Assembly (NCBI RefSeq): GCF_000143415.4
Contig: NW_003314349.1
Coordinates: 750,214-814,213, forward strand
Origin: Selaginella moellendorffii
Lineage: Eukaryota > Plantae > Lycopodiophyta
DNA length: 64,000 bases
Reading direction: 5' to 3'
The notes beneath the pieces are model-generated. The model searched no databases. It was not told the DNA's origin and worked only from the letters and a program-made list of their open reading frames with translations. Positions within the stretch are counted from its first letter, which is position 1. Each line of letters opens with the position of its first letter. Position numbers and translations under genes: made by a program. Below, one piece after another: positions 24,014-37,044 of this stretch.

Positions 24014-26071
24014 TTACTTGATCAGCGATAGCTCTCTCACTCTCGTTTGATCTCGCAGTTTGATCAGATGCTTTCTCCACGATCCAACACGAGCTGCTGA
24101 ATTAAGATCGGCATCATCAGTCGAACACATGTTCGCAAGCACAACGTAGAGCGATGGATCGCCAGGATGCAACTCAAGGACACACTGTGCGAGCCGAGCT
24201 CCCCTCTCGACGTCCTTGTGACTCTTGCACGACCCGAGCAAGCACGTCCAGTCCAAGATATTCGGAACAAACGGCATCGTAAAGACGAGCTCCTCCGCCT
24301 CGTGCAGGTACCCGGACCGTCCCAGAAGATCCAGAACGCAGAAGAAATGCTGCTTGGTGGTCTCGAGACCAAAGTCGAGCTTCATCGAAACAAAGCAGCA
24401 CCTTCCATCGTAAACTTTGCCGGCATGGCTGCAAGCGATGATGATCGACACGAAAGAAGATTCATCCGGCTGGTGGAGGGACTTTAAGCTGTCAAACACT
24501 TCTTTAGCGTCGTGGTAATCTCCCCTATGAGCATACGCATGAAGAAGAGTGCTCCACGAAACGATGTCAAGCTCAGGCATGATATTGAGAAGATTCCTAG
24601 CCATTTGGATATGCCCGTTCCTGGTATATGCTGCTAGCATGGCATTGCCGGACACCAAGTTTTGTTCCGGCAAGCTATCAAAAACTGACTTTGCTTCGTT
24701 GAGATGCCCGTCTTGGGCATATGCGAAAAGCATTATCGTTAACGCAACCATGTTTTGCTGCGGCATAGAGTTGAGTATAGTTTTTGTTTCTTCGAGGTGG
24801 CCGCATTGGGCATACGCTGCTAGCATGGAAGTCCACGAGAACAAATCCTTCTGTGGCATCTCCTCAAAGAGGCATTTAGCCGACTCGAGCTGGCCGGTTT
24901 GGCTCAACCCCGCGAGGACTGTGTTGAAAGAGGCTAAGTCCCTGTGAGGCATCGAGAGAAACATCTTCTTGGCGTTGATGGTGAGACCATTCAACACGTA
25001 GCACGACATCATCGCGTTCCAGACCTCGAGATTCTGCTGCGGCACTTGGTGAAACAGGATCTTGGCTGCGTCAACCCGGCCGTGTTGAGCAAAGCCAGTG
25101 AGCAGCGCCGTCCAGGAGAGAAGATTTCTCCGTGGCATTCCGTCGAACATCCGCTTTGCCTCGTCAAGATGCCCGTTTTGGGAATATGCGCTGAGCATCG
25201 CCGTCCACGAGACGAGATCCTGCTGTGGGATGCGACTGAACATCGCTTTTGCTTCATCAAGGCGACCATTCTGTCCGTACGCGGACAGCATCGCCGTCCA
25301 TGACAAAAGATCCTGGTACGGCATCTCTGTAAACATTCGTCTTGATTCCTCCAAATGCCCGTTCTGGGCATATGCTCCAAGCATCGCGGTCCACGACAAA
25401 AGATTCCTCTCAGGCATTTGATCAAAGTAGTACTTGGCTTTCTCAAGATCCCCCTTTTGAGCATATGCCGTTACTAAAGCCGTCCATGTGACAAGATTCC
25501 TCTGTGGCATTTGCTCAAAGACTTGCCTAACCTCGTTAAGATGCCCGCATTGAGCATATGCCGTGAGCATCGCGGACCAGGAGAGCATATTCACCTCTGG
25601 CATTGCGTTAAAGATTCCTCGCGCACCCTCGAGATGCCCGACCTGGGCATATGCCGTTAGCATCGCGTTCCAGGAGACTAGCTCCAAGAGTGGCATTCGA
25701 TCGAATAGCTCCCGCGCCTCATCGAGATGCCCGTTCTGGGCATAGGCGGACACCATCGCATTCCACGCCACCAGCGTTTGATCCGCCATTGCGTCAAAGA
25801 GCCGCTTGGCGTCGTCCAGGAGCCCATTCCTGGAGCACGCCAAGATCATCGCAATCCAGGAAAAGGAGTTCCTTCCGCCAGCGCCAAGCTCCTGAAAGAT
25901 CTGCCGGGCCTCCCTCACACCACCACATTTGCCATACATTTCGATGAGTTTATTATGGAGGAAGGGATCGGAGGAGGATGAGAAGAGTGGGCGCGTGCGG
26001 TCGTGAATCTCTCGTGCCCTAGATAGTGTTCTACATGAATCGATGAGCCTGAGGCATTCGTATCTATCCAT
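24014..26071 (-). CDS. PLS-class PPR protein with 14 tandem 31-aa SS-type motifs and an E domain, no DYW (RNA-editing factor)
   Basis: Intronless; repeats like NLLSWTAMLGAYAQNGHLEESRRMFTEMPYQ; ACSHAG, HFFCVLDLLGRSG, WTCLLGSC, YVVLAN. First ATG at 26071. Confidence 0.92.
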   Translation of the reverse strand: MDRYECLRLIDSCRTLSRAREIHDRTRPLFSSSSDPFLHNKLIEMYGKCGGVREARQIFQELGAGGRNSFSWIAMILACSRNGLLDDAKRLFDAMADQTLVAWNAMVSAYAQNGHLDEARELFDRMPLLELVSWNAMLTAYAQVGHLEGARGIFNAMPEVNMLSWSAMLTAYAQCGHLNEVRQVFEQMPQRNLVTWTALVTAYAQKGDLEKAKYYFDQMPERNLLSWTAMLGAYAQNGHLEESRRMFTEMPYQDLLSWTAMLSAYGQNGRLDEAKAMFSRIPQQDLVSWTAMLSAYSQNGHLDEAKRMFDGMPRRNLLSWTALLTGFAQHGRVDAAKILFHQVPQQNLEVWNAMMSCYVLNGLTINAKKMFLSMPHRDLASFNTVLAGLSQTGQLESAKCLFEEMPQKDLFSWTSMLAAYAQCGHLEETKTILNSMPQQNMVALTIMLFAYAQDGHLNEAKSVFDSLPEQNLVSGNAMLAAYTRNGHIQMARNLLNIMPELDIVSWSTLLHAYAHRGDYHDAKEVFDSLKSLHQPDESSFVSIIIACSHAGKVYDGRCCFVSMKLDFGLETTKQHFFCVLDLLGRSGYLHEAEELVFTMPFVPNILDWTCLLGSCKSHKDVERGARLAQCVLELHPGDPSLYVVLANMCSTDDADLNSAARVGSWRKHLIKLRDQTRVRELSLIK

Positions 26072-26912
26072 CAAACCATGTTTACTTCGCGCCAAACGTT
26101 CCAGACCGTTATATGATGATATGTGATTTTCTTCAAACTTATAGTAAGGAATTTGCAGCCAATTCCTAATAAAATTGATTGCTAAATTCGTTTAGACGCT
26201 AACGAAGAAGAGCTAATGTTATGGGGAAATGTGAGGCTGTTTGATTTGTTTTTTGTTTTGATTTTAGAGATTTTTATAAACAGAGATTAAAATTGTCTTA
26301 CTGAGGAATTGCCTTCTTGGAATACAAGGACCCTACCAAAGGATTAGTCTTGGTAGTGCCCCAACTTATTGAATTGGCTGCTTGTTATTTGGTGCTCCCT
26401 TTAATTGGTAAAAGTATGGGATTGAGCTATTTATGTTCAACATTGATCATCAAAGGAGATTAATTTTATAGGTCAATTTCAAGAAGATGTTAGAAATGGG
26501 TGTTCATAAAAAATCCCAATGTCCCTAAGCATATAATCTTATATATCATGTGTGTGGATGCTTTCAGAGGTGTGTCAATGCAAGAGAGTACATCATGAGT
26601 TATATATACAAGTGAAGAAAAAAATAAAGAAATTTAGCAAATTCAGTATGACTTCAATATTGGATTCAATAGTGTACTAAAGTTTATATAAAATATGGGA
26701 GATTAGGTCAATAAAAAGAAATTTATCATCTTCAAAAAAGTGTGAGACAATATTTTTTAAACCTCAACTTTTTATGTTTTTGAAATAACGAACTAAGCAA
26801 CAAAGTTAACAAACGTAAGCAAAATTTATTAGTTGAGAACCAAAGAATAACAATCAATATCATTTTCTAAATTTCCAAAAAATCTGCCATACAAGATTTA
26901 TTCTTACTCTAT

Positions 26913-27554
26913 TTAAGAGAACGTAGCCTTGAGCTGCCGAACCGCGTTCTCATCAATAAAGAAGGTCTTGACGAGCACCTCGTCCAGGATGTCCGATCCA
27001 AACATGGAGCTTGCGATAAGCTGGAAGCCCGGTGACTGCGAATCCAGTGTCACGATGGCCATGGCGGTGGTGTTACCGACGTTGAGCTGCCAGTGGATCA
27101 AACCCCGCGGGAAGATCATCACATCGCCTTTGGAGATGACCCGAGCAAAGAGCTGGTTCTGGGTGGTGACGAATCCGGCGTACAAGCTCCCTTCCACGAC
27201 GTAGATGATCTCCGAGCCTCGCGGATGCGTGTGTGGAGGGATGAGACCGCCGGGAGCAAAGTCGAGCCTGGCAATGGCGAGGCCGAGAGAGTTGAGCCCA
27301 GGAAAATCGTGGACGAAGCCAAACACCGCGTCGGCTCTCGATGGGCCGCTGGTGTTTGCAGAGTTTCGAAGGCCTGAGAAGATGAAATCCTCGGTGGTGG
27401 TGTTGGCTGCTCGCTTGCAAGGGTAGCCATTGAGAGTGAGGTCCTTTGCGAGGTCGGCCACGCAAAAGTCCTGGAGGGGATCGGCGTCGGAGGCTGTGAT
27501 CACCTGGAAGATTGGTGCCGCAATGACGAGAAGTTGGAGGAGTGTGATCATCAT
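26913..27554 (-). CDS. GLP: Germin-like protein (cupin), secreted
   Basis: Signal peptide; DADPLQDFCVAD; GLIPPHTHPRGSE; FPRGLIHWQLNVG. Confidence 0.95.
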   Translation of the reverse strand: MMITLLQLLVIAAPIFQVITASDADPLQDFCVADLAKDLTLNGYPCKRAANTTTEDFIFSGLRNSANTSGPSRADAVFGFVHDFPGLNSLGLAIARLDFAPGGLIPPHTHPRGSEIIYVVEGSLYAGFVTTQNQLFARVISKGDVMIFPRGLIHWQLNVGNTTAMAIVTLDSQSPGFQLIASSMFGSDILDEVLVKTFFIDENAVRQLKATFS

Positions 27555-28102
27555 CGTGTTCTTGAGTGATCCCTGGAACTTGAGAAAACAAACGAGAAAG
27601 CGATGGCTAGGAATTAGAAGAGTGACCTCTTTCTTTCCTTGATTTGTGAGATGGTTGTGAAGGTATTTAAAGGATGAAAAGGCTTGGAGAAGGTTCCATG
27701 AAACACAGCAGTTGCGATGTGACCCGTCACTTTGTGTTGACAATGTGGGAGTTCTTGCTTCGCCCACGTTTTAAATATTTCTCCATTGAAGGTTTCTTGT
27801 ACGCGTCAGTTGACAAAATCTTACTAGAATAACCCACAAGAAATCTAATATCAATAAAAAAAATTAAAATCCTCAAATATGTAATGTAATATTTTTTTTT
27901 AATAATACAATTCTAATTAATTTATGATCATAAGTATACATATAAACCAACTCATGTTACAAATTGCAAAGCCTTAAACAAACTGTAAGATCCTTGTAGC
28001 TTATCAAACTTTGCCTTTTATCCTTTTTACATAAGCTAGAGAAAAATTGTCTGGTGTCCTTTGGTCATGTTTTTGTACACAAAATTCAGTCAGGTTGATC
28101 CG

Positions 28103-31100
28103 CTAGAACTTTTCCTTGTGGAAAATGAACTTGGTATTCGATTTCTCCGAGTAAGACCGCGAGAGAAGGTCGAGCTCCTTTCCTGCTGCCGAGTTTCCGC
28201 AGTAAAACACACCTATTCTGGCACCTGGATGAATCGATGCAAGCCTCGCAAACACTTTCCTCCAGTTTGGACGAGCAAAATGCGTTCGAACCTGGGGAAG
28301 AAATCGAAAGAACAAATAAGAAGAAAGAACATTAACTAGAAAGGAACTTACCCGAGTGCCAGAGACAATATCAACACCGCTTCGTGCGTGATGCAACGCT
28401 TGGACCAAACCGATAAGCGTGGAGCGAGCGTCTCCTTCTTCGTAAACACTCGTTAGATAGTTATGCATCTCGATCACGGCCTGCAAAGAAGCACCAAAAC
28501 GATTTGTAAAAGGAGGAGATAGAAATCACAAACGTTTTCCTGACCTTGTGATCAAGCTGAGAGACTTCGTTCATGACTCCCTTGAACCATTCAAAGGAGC
28601 TTTGCTCTCTGGTGACCCAGTAGAAGTAAGCGTTCGTGGGGCCTCTATTTTTCTTGGCTTTTTTTCTGGCAGCATCGAACATCTTGCTGAATGGACTTTG
28701 AGATCCCTGGAAGATAATGTGTGTAAGTTCATTGCTTCTGGAGGAAAAAAGAAAAGAAGATAAAATACTTACAGGAAGCTGCTCGGCTGACTTTAAATGA
28801 TTCAACATGTCTCTCAGGATGCTTATAAATGGTGTTGCTCCAATTCCAAGTCCCACCAGCAATAGGATATCGTACTTTTTGAAATCCTGGGATGGTGCTC
28901 CATATGGTCCATCAACACAGAGCTTGGGATATCTACACGAGACAAAGATTAAAAAAAAGGAAAACACTTTAGAGATCATACGAAAAGCTAAGAAAACTTA
29001 CTTGAGCTGCTCGTTTGGCTGATCTACAACCTGCAAGAAAAGCACTTAAGCCCTGAAATCTTTCTCCCGGAAAACTTACTTGAGAAAAGATCTTCATTAG
29101 CTCTTGCGTCCAATCCCCGAGGCTGCGTATGTGTACACTTACATATTCATCTCCCGGTGCCGAAGTTATGGAGAATGGATGCCTGTAACACAGACAAATC
29201 CTTAAGAAGCGAACCACACATACACAAATCTAGCTTACCATTCGAAAGGCGACACTGCGGGGCATTGCAAGAAGAGATACATTCCACTTTGATATCTAAA
29301 ACCCGGAGGCTTAGTCATGTATAAAGCAAGAACGTTTCCTGAATAAATGGATGCCTGAAAGATCGCAAATCGTGAGCAAAACTGGACAAAAATTCCATCT
29401 TTGTTTACCTTTACAATGCTAACTTTGTAAGTACAAGCTCTCAGCGTTCGTAGAGTCCTCTCGCCAGTGTACAAGAGCGCGGGTATAGCTATATACATCC
29501 AAGCCTGTGAAGGAAAAGCTTTAGAACAACGAGACACAAAGAAGAAAATAAAAGTGATTTACCGTTTTTTCTCTCCAGTCCCGAGCGAGGAACAAGAAAA
29601 AGGAGTGAACGATGAGAAGACCGTAGACGAGGACGAACAAGTGGTGCGAGTACCAAAAGGCATTGAAGCCCGTCAACCTGTGGAATGGCCAGTGGAGCTT
29701 GACGAGATTTCTCCTGGACCAGTGCGTGGCCAGCAAAAACGCGATGATCATGAGCAGCACCATGATAATCCCGGTCATTCCCTCGATCGAAAGCACCAAA
29801 TCCAGGTACGTCGGCTGGGCAAACTTGAAGTTCACGCCTAGTGTCTGTATGAACTTGATGTAGTCCGCGCTGGAAATCCGGTAAAAATCGCAGGTTAAGT
29901 GAACTCCCCCGTGGAGGAAAACTCCAATCACGATTGCTGCTGCAACCAGCTGATCTCCAGAAAAAAAGAAGAAGAAGAAGAAACATGTAAGAAGCTCAGA
30001 TTCTTCAATGCAAAAAAGACGACAATGGCGATGACGATGAAGCAACGAAAAGTATAAAGAAAGGCATATACAACAAAGCACCCATTACCCAAGCCAAGTA
30101 CCAGAGACGGTCGAAACAATACTTTAGCTTTCCACTGTCAGGATCACACGAAGAACAATCAATCAGTCAAGGGAGAACATTATGATCAACTGGTTGATTG
30201 AAACTAGAGAAAATAAAAGCATAAAGGCACAAGGGAAAGAAACACCAGGGACCAGCAAGCAACAGGCAGCCAGCTGGAGAGAATCAACCAGAAGAGTGAA
30301 AACAAAAAGCCAGGGAGTAGTGAAAAAAAATTCATGGCAGTAGCACAGTGAAGATTTAGCGAAGAACTTGTACGAAGAAATTGTAACAAAAAAACTCAAA
30401 CCACTGCAAAAGATGGACGCAGCGAAGCAGCAGGAACAAAAGGAGAGACGCATCGCGGTGACGAAGAACCAAACAAAAAACAGGCAGCCATGGAAGAAAA
30501 ACTTGGCTTACATGATCAGGGAGATGTGCGTGGGAGTAACTCAGTTAGCAGCGTTCGCGAAGGAGAAAGACAAAAAAACTTTGCAGAAGACAAGGAGGGA
30601 AAACAAAGTTGCAAAACATTAATCCAATCCAGCCAGCAAAAATGTGAATCAAGAACAAAAACGTGATGGAGAGAACCAGAAAACAAAATATGATCCATCT
30701 AGACAAGAGTGCAGCACAGAGAAAGAATTCTCACACAAAAACACTGCAAACCCAAGGAAAAACTGGTAGAACGAGAAAGAACAAAAAAAAAAAGAGCCCA
30801 AAGAAGAAGCAAAAAAAAGAGAGAGAAAAGCTAGTAGGACAAACATGCTCAGCTATGGCGAAGATCAAAGAAGCAAAAGAGAAGAGAGAAGACTAACCTT
30901 GTGAAAGTTGATGTTATCGTCAAAGGGAACGATGGTGGCGAGCGCGGTGGATCTGAGCCAAGTGATGGTATTCCGGCAAACCGGGAGAAGGATGAGCGCC
31001 ATGTTGAGCTTGAGCGTCTCGGCGGCGCCCTTGGCAGTGCACAGGCAGTAGCCCATCACTGGAAACCCCGAGCGGTAGCTATACTGGATGAACTTCCAGC

Positions 31101-32023
31101 TAAAGAGCACCGCCATCACCGCGAACCACAGCGCGATCATCCACACGCGCTGCCAGTCGTCCAGGAGCACCACCCTCGCGCGCCGCCGCAGCGATTCCAT
31201 CCTCCCGATAGCGCTCTTGGGCAGCGTCGCCGAGGAGCTTATCATCTGGCTCTGGTGGTCGCAGGCGCTGGGGCTTCGCAGCAGTCCCTCGAGCTGGAGC
31301 AACTGGAGATCCAAGAGATTCACGTAAGCTTGGATGGGTGAAAGAGTGATGATCTTACGCCAATGTAGCCGTTCTTCTCGCGATCAAGCTCCTCCATGAT
31401 GAGTGCCGCGTACTCCTCCGCCTGCTCCTCGAGGATCGAGAGCCGATTCGCGGACGCACTGAGCAAGATCACCTGGAATCACTCGCTCAGTCCAAGATAC
31501 CCAGACACGGCATTTGCTGGGATAGAAAGGTTCTTACCTCTTTTACCTCGTCCTCGAAGATTCGCCCGTCCAGATCCTTGTCGCAGCTGCGTGGCAGCAC
31601 GATCGCATCAGCGACAGGAAGAAATCGCAAGAAATCAGCGCCTTACAGGTCGAAGAAGATGCGCATTCGCGAATCGAAGCGCTTGTCCGTCATGTCGAGC
31701 CAGTAATCGCTCAGCTCTTCTCGCCCAATGCTCGTCAATCCCTCCTTGCCTCGCCGCCGCGACAATGCATCGAAGAGCTGCCCGGCAAACTCCTTGGTTT
31801 TCATCCCTGGAGCGAGCGCGCGATCAGAGAGTTTCCAGCCAAGAACAGAGAGAACTCACCGATGCACGCCCCAAAATCCGATCTCGCCAGCCTCCCATCG
31901 GGCCTGCCAGCGCTAAGCTTCCGGAATCGCGCATCCACCGTCTCCCAATTCGTGTCGCGGTTGGACTTGTCGATGAAGCGAAGCCCCTCGATCGCGCGAC
32001 TGGTTGTGGCGATCGCGGGTGGA

Positions 32024-32055
<32 letters not shown>

Positions 32056-32457
32056 TGGGGGCTCTCGATCGGGCGAGAAATCCACTGGCATGATCCGCGC
32101 GTCATGCTTCCCCTTGGAATTGGATGGCGGCAGTGGCGCTGCTGCTCTCACCGGGATGGTGATCGCGACGCCGCCTCCTCCCTGGCGATTTTGCGCGGTG
32201 GTAGCGGTGGTGGTACTATCGTCGATGATGATCCTCGAGGAGATTGTCGTGGGCGATGGATCAACGACTGGAGAAACGCTCCTCAGCGTTACAGAGTCCC
32301 TGTGAACATCCAGAGTCACTTCCAAAACTATGTGATCCTGGTGATGATGTTCCACCAGCTGTTGGCGATGACGATCCTGCCCATGATGATCATGGCGATC
32401 CACATTCGTGCTACTGCCAGTGCGACCCATCTGTTCTTCGCCGTCGCGAACCGGCAT
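28103..32457 (-). CDS. RBOH: Respiratory burst oxidase homolog (NADPH oxidase)
   Basis: AIEGLRFI; [27 protein letters not shown]; [12 protein letters not shown]; [13 protein letters not shown]; [10 protein letters not shown]; [14 protein letters not shown]; GVFYCG; FHKEKF*. Start codon approximate. Confidence 0.95.
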
Positions 32458-35106
32458 TTCCTTTTTTTTTTTTCTCACCTCCCCTGTTCTTGGCAGCTCG
32501 GCTCTCCTCGGATCGATGCTCCGGGCGCGATCGGCGATGATGGGCGATCGATTCGACGCCGCAGAAGCCGACCCAGGTGCTCAAAATCGCGACTTGCGTG
32601 GTTGCGCCGCGGATCTTCCAGGAGATGATGATCCCGCCTGGAAGAAGATAGGGAAATCTTTCAATCGCAGCAGCAGCATCTTGTACTCCTGCTGCTGCTT
32701 CGCTTGACGACCTACCTCAGCTCCCGAATTGATCAGAGCCCAGCATTAATTGGGCTCGCAAACCAGGAGAAAAAGAAGAAAAATTTCTGGCAAGACAAAA
32801 CTAGGTGGCAAAAAAAAAGAGAGAGAGAGAGAATCCTCTGCTCGGCTCTGTGCCTGCTTGCTCTGTGTCGCTCGCGAATTGAAGGAGATGGATATGTCGA
32901 TATATCGATTTCGCGGGTAATCAATGATAAATCATTTAAGTGCAGCACAGCGCAGCCACCACTTCACCTTTTTCTTTGGCCTCCTTTCTCGGCTCTGCCA
33001 GTGCACTGAAACCCTCACTCTCCTTTTCGTGCCTTTGCGCTTGCTTTGCTTTGACGGTGGTAGCGGTGGATTTCAATGAGCAAAGCGATGGCTCCGCTCG
33101 TAGAGCAGCGTGCGCAGCTTTGGATGATCAATGCAATGCAGGAGGAAAGAGGAGAATTTGGAGTGGCACAAGATCGATCGATGGAGCGCCTTTTCTTGCT
33201 TTTCGGTTTGATGATCCTGGATGAATCCCTGCCGCTTTGGTTGGCTTGCGGTGAAATCCTTTCTTGGCTGCTACTCTACTGCTTGCTGCTGGCTCTGGAT
33301 GGATGGACCAGTGGCTCTCTCTAGAAGGAAGGCGAGATCAAGTTAGGTGGAGAGAAGGATCGATCGAAACTCTACTAAAAGGATTGTTTTTTATGTTTCG
33401 CTTGGGCGAATGATCCTCCTCCTGGTAACAACACACAAGAAGAGTATGACGAAAGTGAGGAAACCAAGTAAAATATAGAAACTAAAGAAGAATGGGGATG
33501 GATGAAATTTTATATCCTACAAGAGTGGATTCGATCGACACCCCCCAAAAATGCCGGAAAAAGAAGGCGGCAAGAGGAAAAAAAGAGGAGGGATTAACAA
33601 AAAATAAAAGAGAACACCCCGTGAAAAGATCGAAACCACCAACTTGGGAGCGATTCGATCGCTGCTGCAAGCTCTACATGCATTCGATCTCGATTCTCGA
33701 TCGATCGGCAACTCACAAGAAAAAAACAATCTTACCTCGATCGCTTGCCAGCGAGTTGAGCAGTTTTAAGATCACTTCCCTTGCATGGAAATTTGAGTTC
33801 TTCACGGATCAAAAGCAATGCATGGGTTGCTGTTTATAGGGAGATCATGAAATACAATACGTGTAAGCATACGACTAGAGTAAGCTCTATGGCGTGTTTT
33901 TTATTTTATGTTTTTTGGTTTCTCATACAGGTTTTTGGTATTGGCGCAAGTCAGTGGCGAAACGAAAGACAAAGACAAGAGCGTGTGTACAAAATGCCCC
34001 CACAGTGTAGGTACATACATGAGCGTTAGCTTCTTCTTTTCTTCTTCCAGACTTTCCACAATGGCGTCCATGCATTGTGGATGAACTTGGCAGGACAATT
34101 CTTCCAAGTCTTAACACTTGAAAGAAAGATTAAGCCAAAAGTTTCGATCAGTCGGTCGTCGTCGTCGTTCTAGAAAGGAATCCACCATTAAGTTTTAACT
34201 ATATCATATGTGGTTCTTACTGCCCGTGTATCGGATGGCGGCTGGTCACCAAAAACTTAGATCCAAACGAAGATTGGCCCCCCCAGTTACCCTTGATCTC
34301 TTGTCCTCCACGATGAATTCAATCGACCCAGGGAAAAAGAAAGAGGACCACATCGACAGTGATCTCGTCCGTACAAGCCCAGGAAGATCTCGAGCAAGAA
34401 CAGCATAGTGGAGGCTGTACAAGTGAAAAGTGTATAGGCTCAGGATAGATAGAGACGAGACATTCCTCACACTGGCCAGGGTTGTCAGGTAACTTACAAT
34501 TTTCTCTCATGAACAATGGTATTCCACTCCAACTTACAATGGATTGTTTTTTTGCTCGCGTTACTTCTTGTGTGTGGGATACGTAATGATCTTCTAGACT
34601 GTGGATCTTGTCGAGGACTATTAAGATTCTCACCACCTAAACACACCAAGTTTGTGTGGGATATCTCCTAGATTTTTTGTTTGCTATAAACTTTAGTCTC
34701 CAGCGACGCGTAGGTAGTCGCCAAAGAAATTCTGCGTGAACAAAGAATGGTTTTCAGTACAGTAGCCACACTTTTGCATGATTCAACCAACCTTTTCCTT
34801 TGGATGGATCATCGAGCAGCGAACGGACCAGATGAAACCATCTGTGCGAGATGACTTGCGATTGTGTCGCCTAGGCAGGGGTGCCAACTCAAGCAGCTGG
34901 GACATTGGGATCTAGCTGTGCTCACGCGATATAAATAATGGAACTCTTGCGATATTGGTGGTACCATTCCTCATTATTCTTTGGCAGATCTCTGGAAAGC
35001 GCTCAAACATACACAAGCAAATGAGAAACGAACCTTGCTTTTCTTTTCTGGAAGCCGATCGATCGAGAGCCCGCGACCAGAACTTTAGCGAGGTGGAGCA
35101 ACGGCC

Positions 35107-37044
35107 CTACAGCTCTAATGAGAGCTCCAGAGCTTCCATTGAAGCAAGCTTGGATCCGAGCTGACAAGTGTTTGGCTCCAGCGCAAGCAATCTTGGGTTC
35201 TCGCCTGGCAAAAGCGTTAGTGGAGTGGAAAGCTTGAAACTACAAGTATCATCACCAGTACCTGGCTCGTCAAAACGATCCTTCTCCTTTTCCTCACACG
35301 TAAGGGGTCATTGATAAGCATATGACTCCCAAAGTCCAGATCAACGTCCGTACACTGCTCAGCTTTTACGAGCTCTACGCGTCGAAAACTGCACAAAGCA
35401 AATCCAAACTTTAGCTCGGAAACTTACAAATCCTGGAAACAAATTTCTAGTCAGACCTTGTGAACACAAGGAACACCTGTCGACTTCTGCATAGAAAAGA
35501 GTCAGCAAAACCATTAAGATGTTAGAACAAAAACCTCCAGTGCTTGAGATCCCGCTGCGAGATTTTCTACAGCGCCCGAGATTAGTAGAAAGGATGTAAC
35601 AGAGAAAGAACTTTCAGAATTCATTGAATAGTACAAATGGCGCCATGAACATTCGTGCATTCACTTTGCACCCGCCAGCAGCAGCGTCACCGGGGAAAAA
35701 AAAAATTAAAAAGAAGCCGTACCTCGCGGTCAAAATTTTTTAGCCCCCACCCCCACGTCTATTGTTGCTTGCTCACCCGTCCTCGTGCCCGGGTTTACAC
35801 TCGGTATTCTCAGTGTTCTCAGTATTCACGTTTTCCTGGGACTGTGATTGCGGTTGAGTATCGGCCGTGCCCGGAACTGGATCCCTGTCCTCCGTTTTCT
35901 CCGAATCTACAACACAGAGTTACTCTCAATGAACAAGAAAAACTGAACTTACCATCTTCGTTGTCCTGTCCAGCTTGTTCCAAGGCTTCCAAAAGCTTCG
36001 TCTTGTATTCCTACAAGCATAAACTCCGTGTGAGTTTCTGAAACACATCCCAGAGCTCACGTACATATGCTGCCTTTTTCGCCCTGGCCAGCCGAGTTGC
36101 ATCCAGCTCCACCTCTAGCAGTCCCACCTGCATTACAAATATCAAAAAGCAAATGAAAAAGCAAAGTACAGCAAGTAGCTGGTACCTCATGTTGAAGGGC
36201 GTCTATTGTCAGTAGCTCGGGCTCCTCCGGTTTCAGAGCATCGACCCTTGACTTTTTTCCTTTCGGAAACCTCTTTAGCACACCGGTAGCGTTGCTCTGC
36301 AAGTCCGAAAGGATTTAATCAGTACACAGAAAACCCACCAGCAAAATGGAAAGCACACACCTTCCTCTTTTTACCCGTTTGTTCCTGGCCAGCTCTTCTA
36401 CAGTCCCTGTGGAACATTTATAAGCGCTCTCCACCTCAAAAAATTCTGATCGAAAATACCTGATTTGCATCACAGTTTTATCTTCGGGCATTCTACTCAG
36501 AAACTCTCGGTGGAGTTCGTCGGACACTCTGAGCTCTTTGCGCAGATCAGACATCAGCCTTTCTCTACCCTGCAAACAGAGAGAGAAAAAAAAATCAAAG
36601 CAAGTGAGACGAGCTAAACGCAAGTAGAATTCAGCGTACCCAAGAGAGGCCATCGGATTGAGCATTGAAAGCTCTCATCACAGCCTTGTAAGCCTCCTGC
36701 TCTAGCTCCTGGAGTTTCTTCATCTGGAGCTTCCTGCTATCGTACCTCCGAAGAACTCCCTTGCGAGGAGCCATGTCATAATCGTCTGCGCGGGCAGTCC
36801 ACCGTTAGCGTGCGCTCGCTGGAAGGAGAGGAAGCTCTCTAAACCCTAAGCCCGAGAATTCGATCGCCACACACTAGGGCTTGCCGGAGACGCTACTGCC
36901 GCTGCCGCTCGCAATCGAACTCCCTAGCTGCTAGAGGAGGAGCGCGAGGAGAGATTGGGGATTGTCGCGAGAAGGACTTCTACGAGCTACGCGCCGGTAG
37001 GGCACTGGAATCTCACCTGCAGTGCCGCTGCGCTGATATTCCAT
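35107..37044 (-). CDS. EMSY-like ENT-domain protein (multi-exon, divergent C-terminus)
   Basis: LQELEQEAYKAVMRAFNAQSDGLSW/GRERLMSDLRKELRVSDELHREFL is an ENT domain. Candidate first exon MEYQRSGTA|DDYDMAPRK. 3' end uncertain. Confidence 0.75.

Noticed and set aside
31396-32628. 410-aa plus-strand ORF
   Set aside because: Arg-rich antisense shadow of the GC-rich RBOH 5' exons, crossing introns.
33120-33220. Possible miRNA hairpin upstream of RBOH
   Set aside because: Pairing is limited to short patches and no known mature miRNA is recognisable.
34570-34665. Two ATCCCACA USE-like motifs on the minus strand (snRNA promoter)
   Set aside because: No correctly spaced TATA box and no snRNA sequence downstream.
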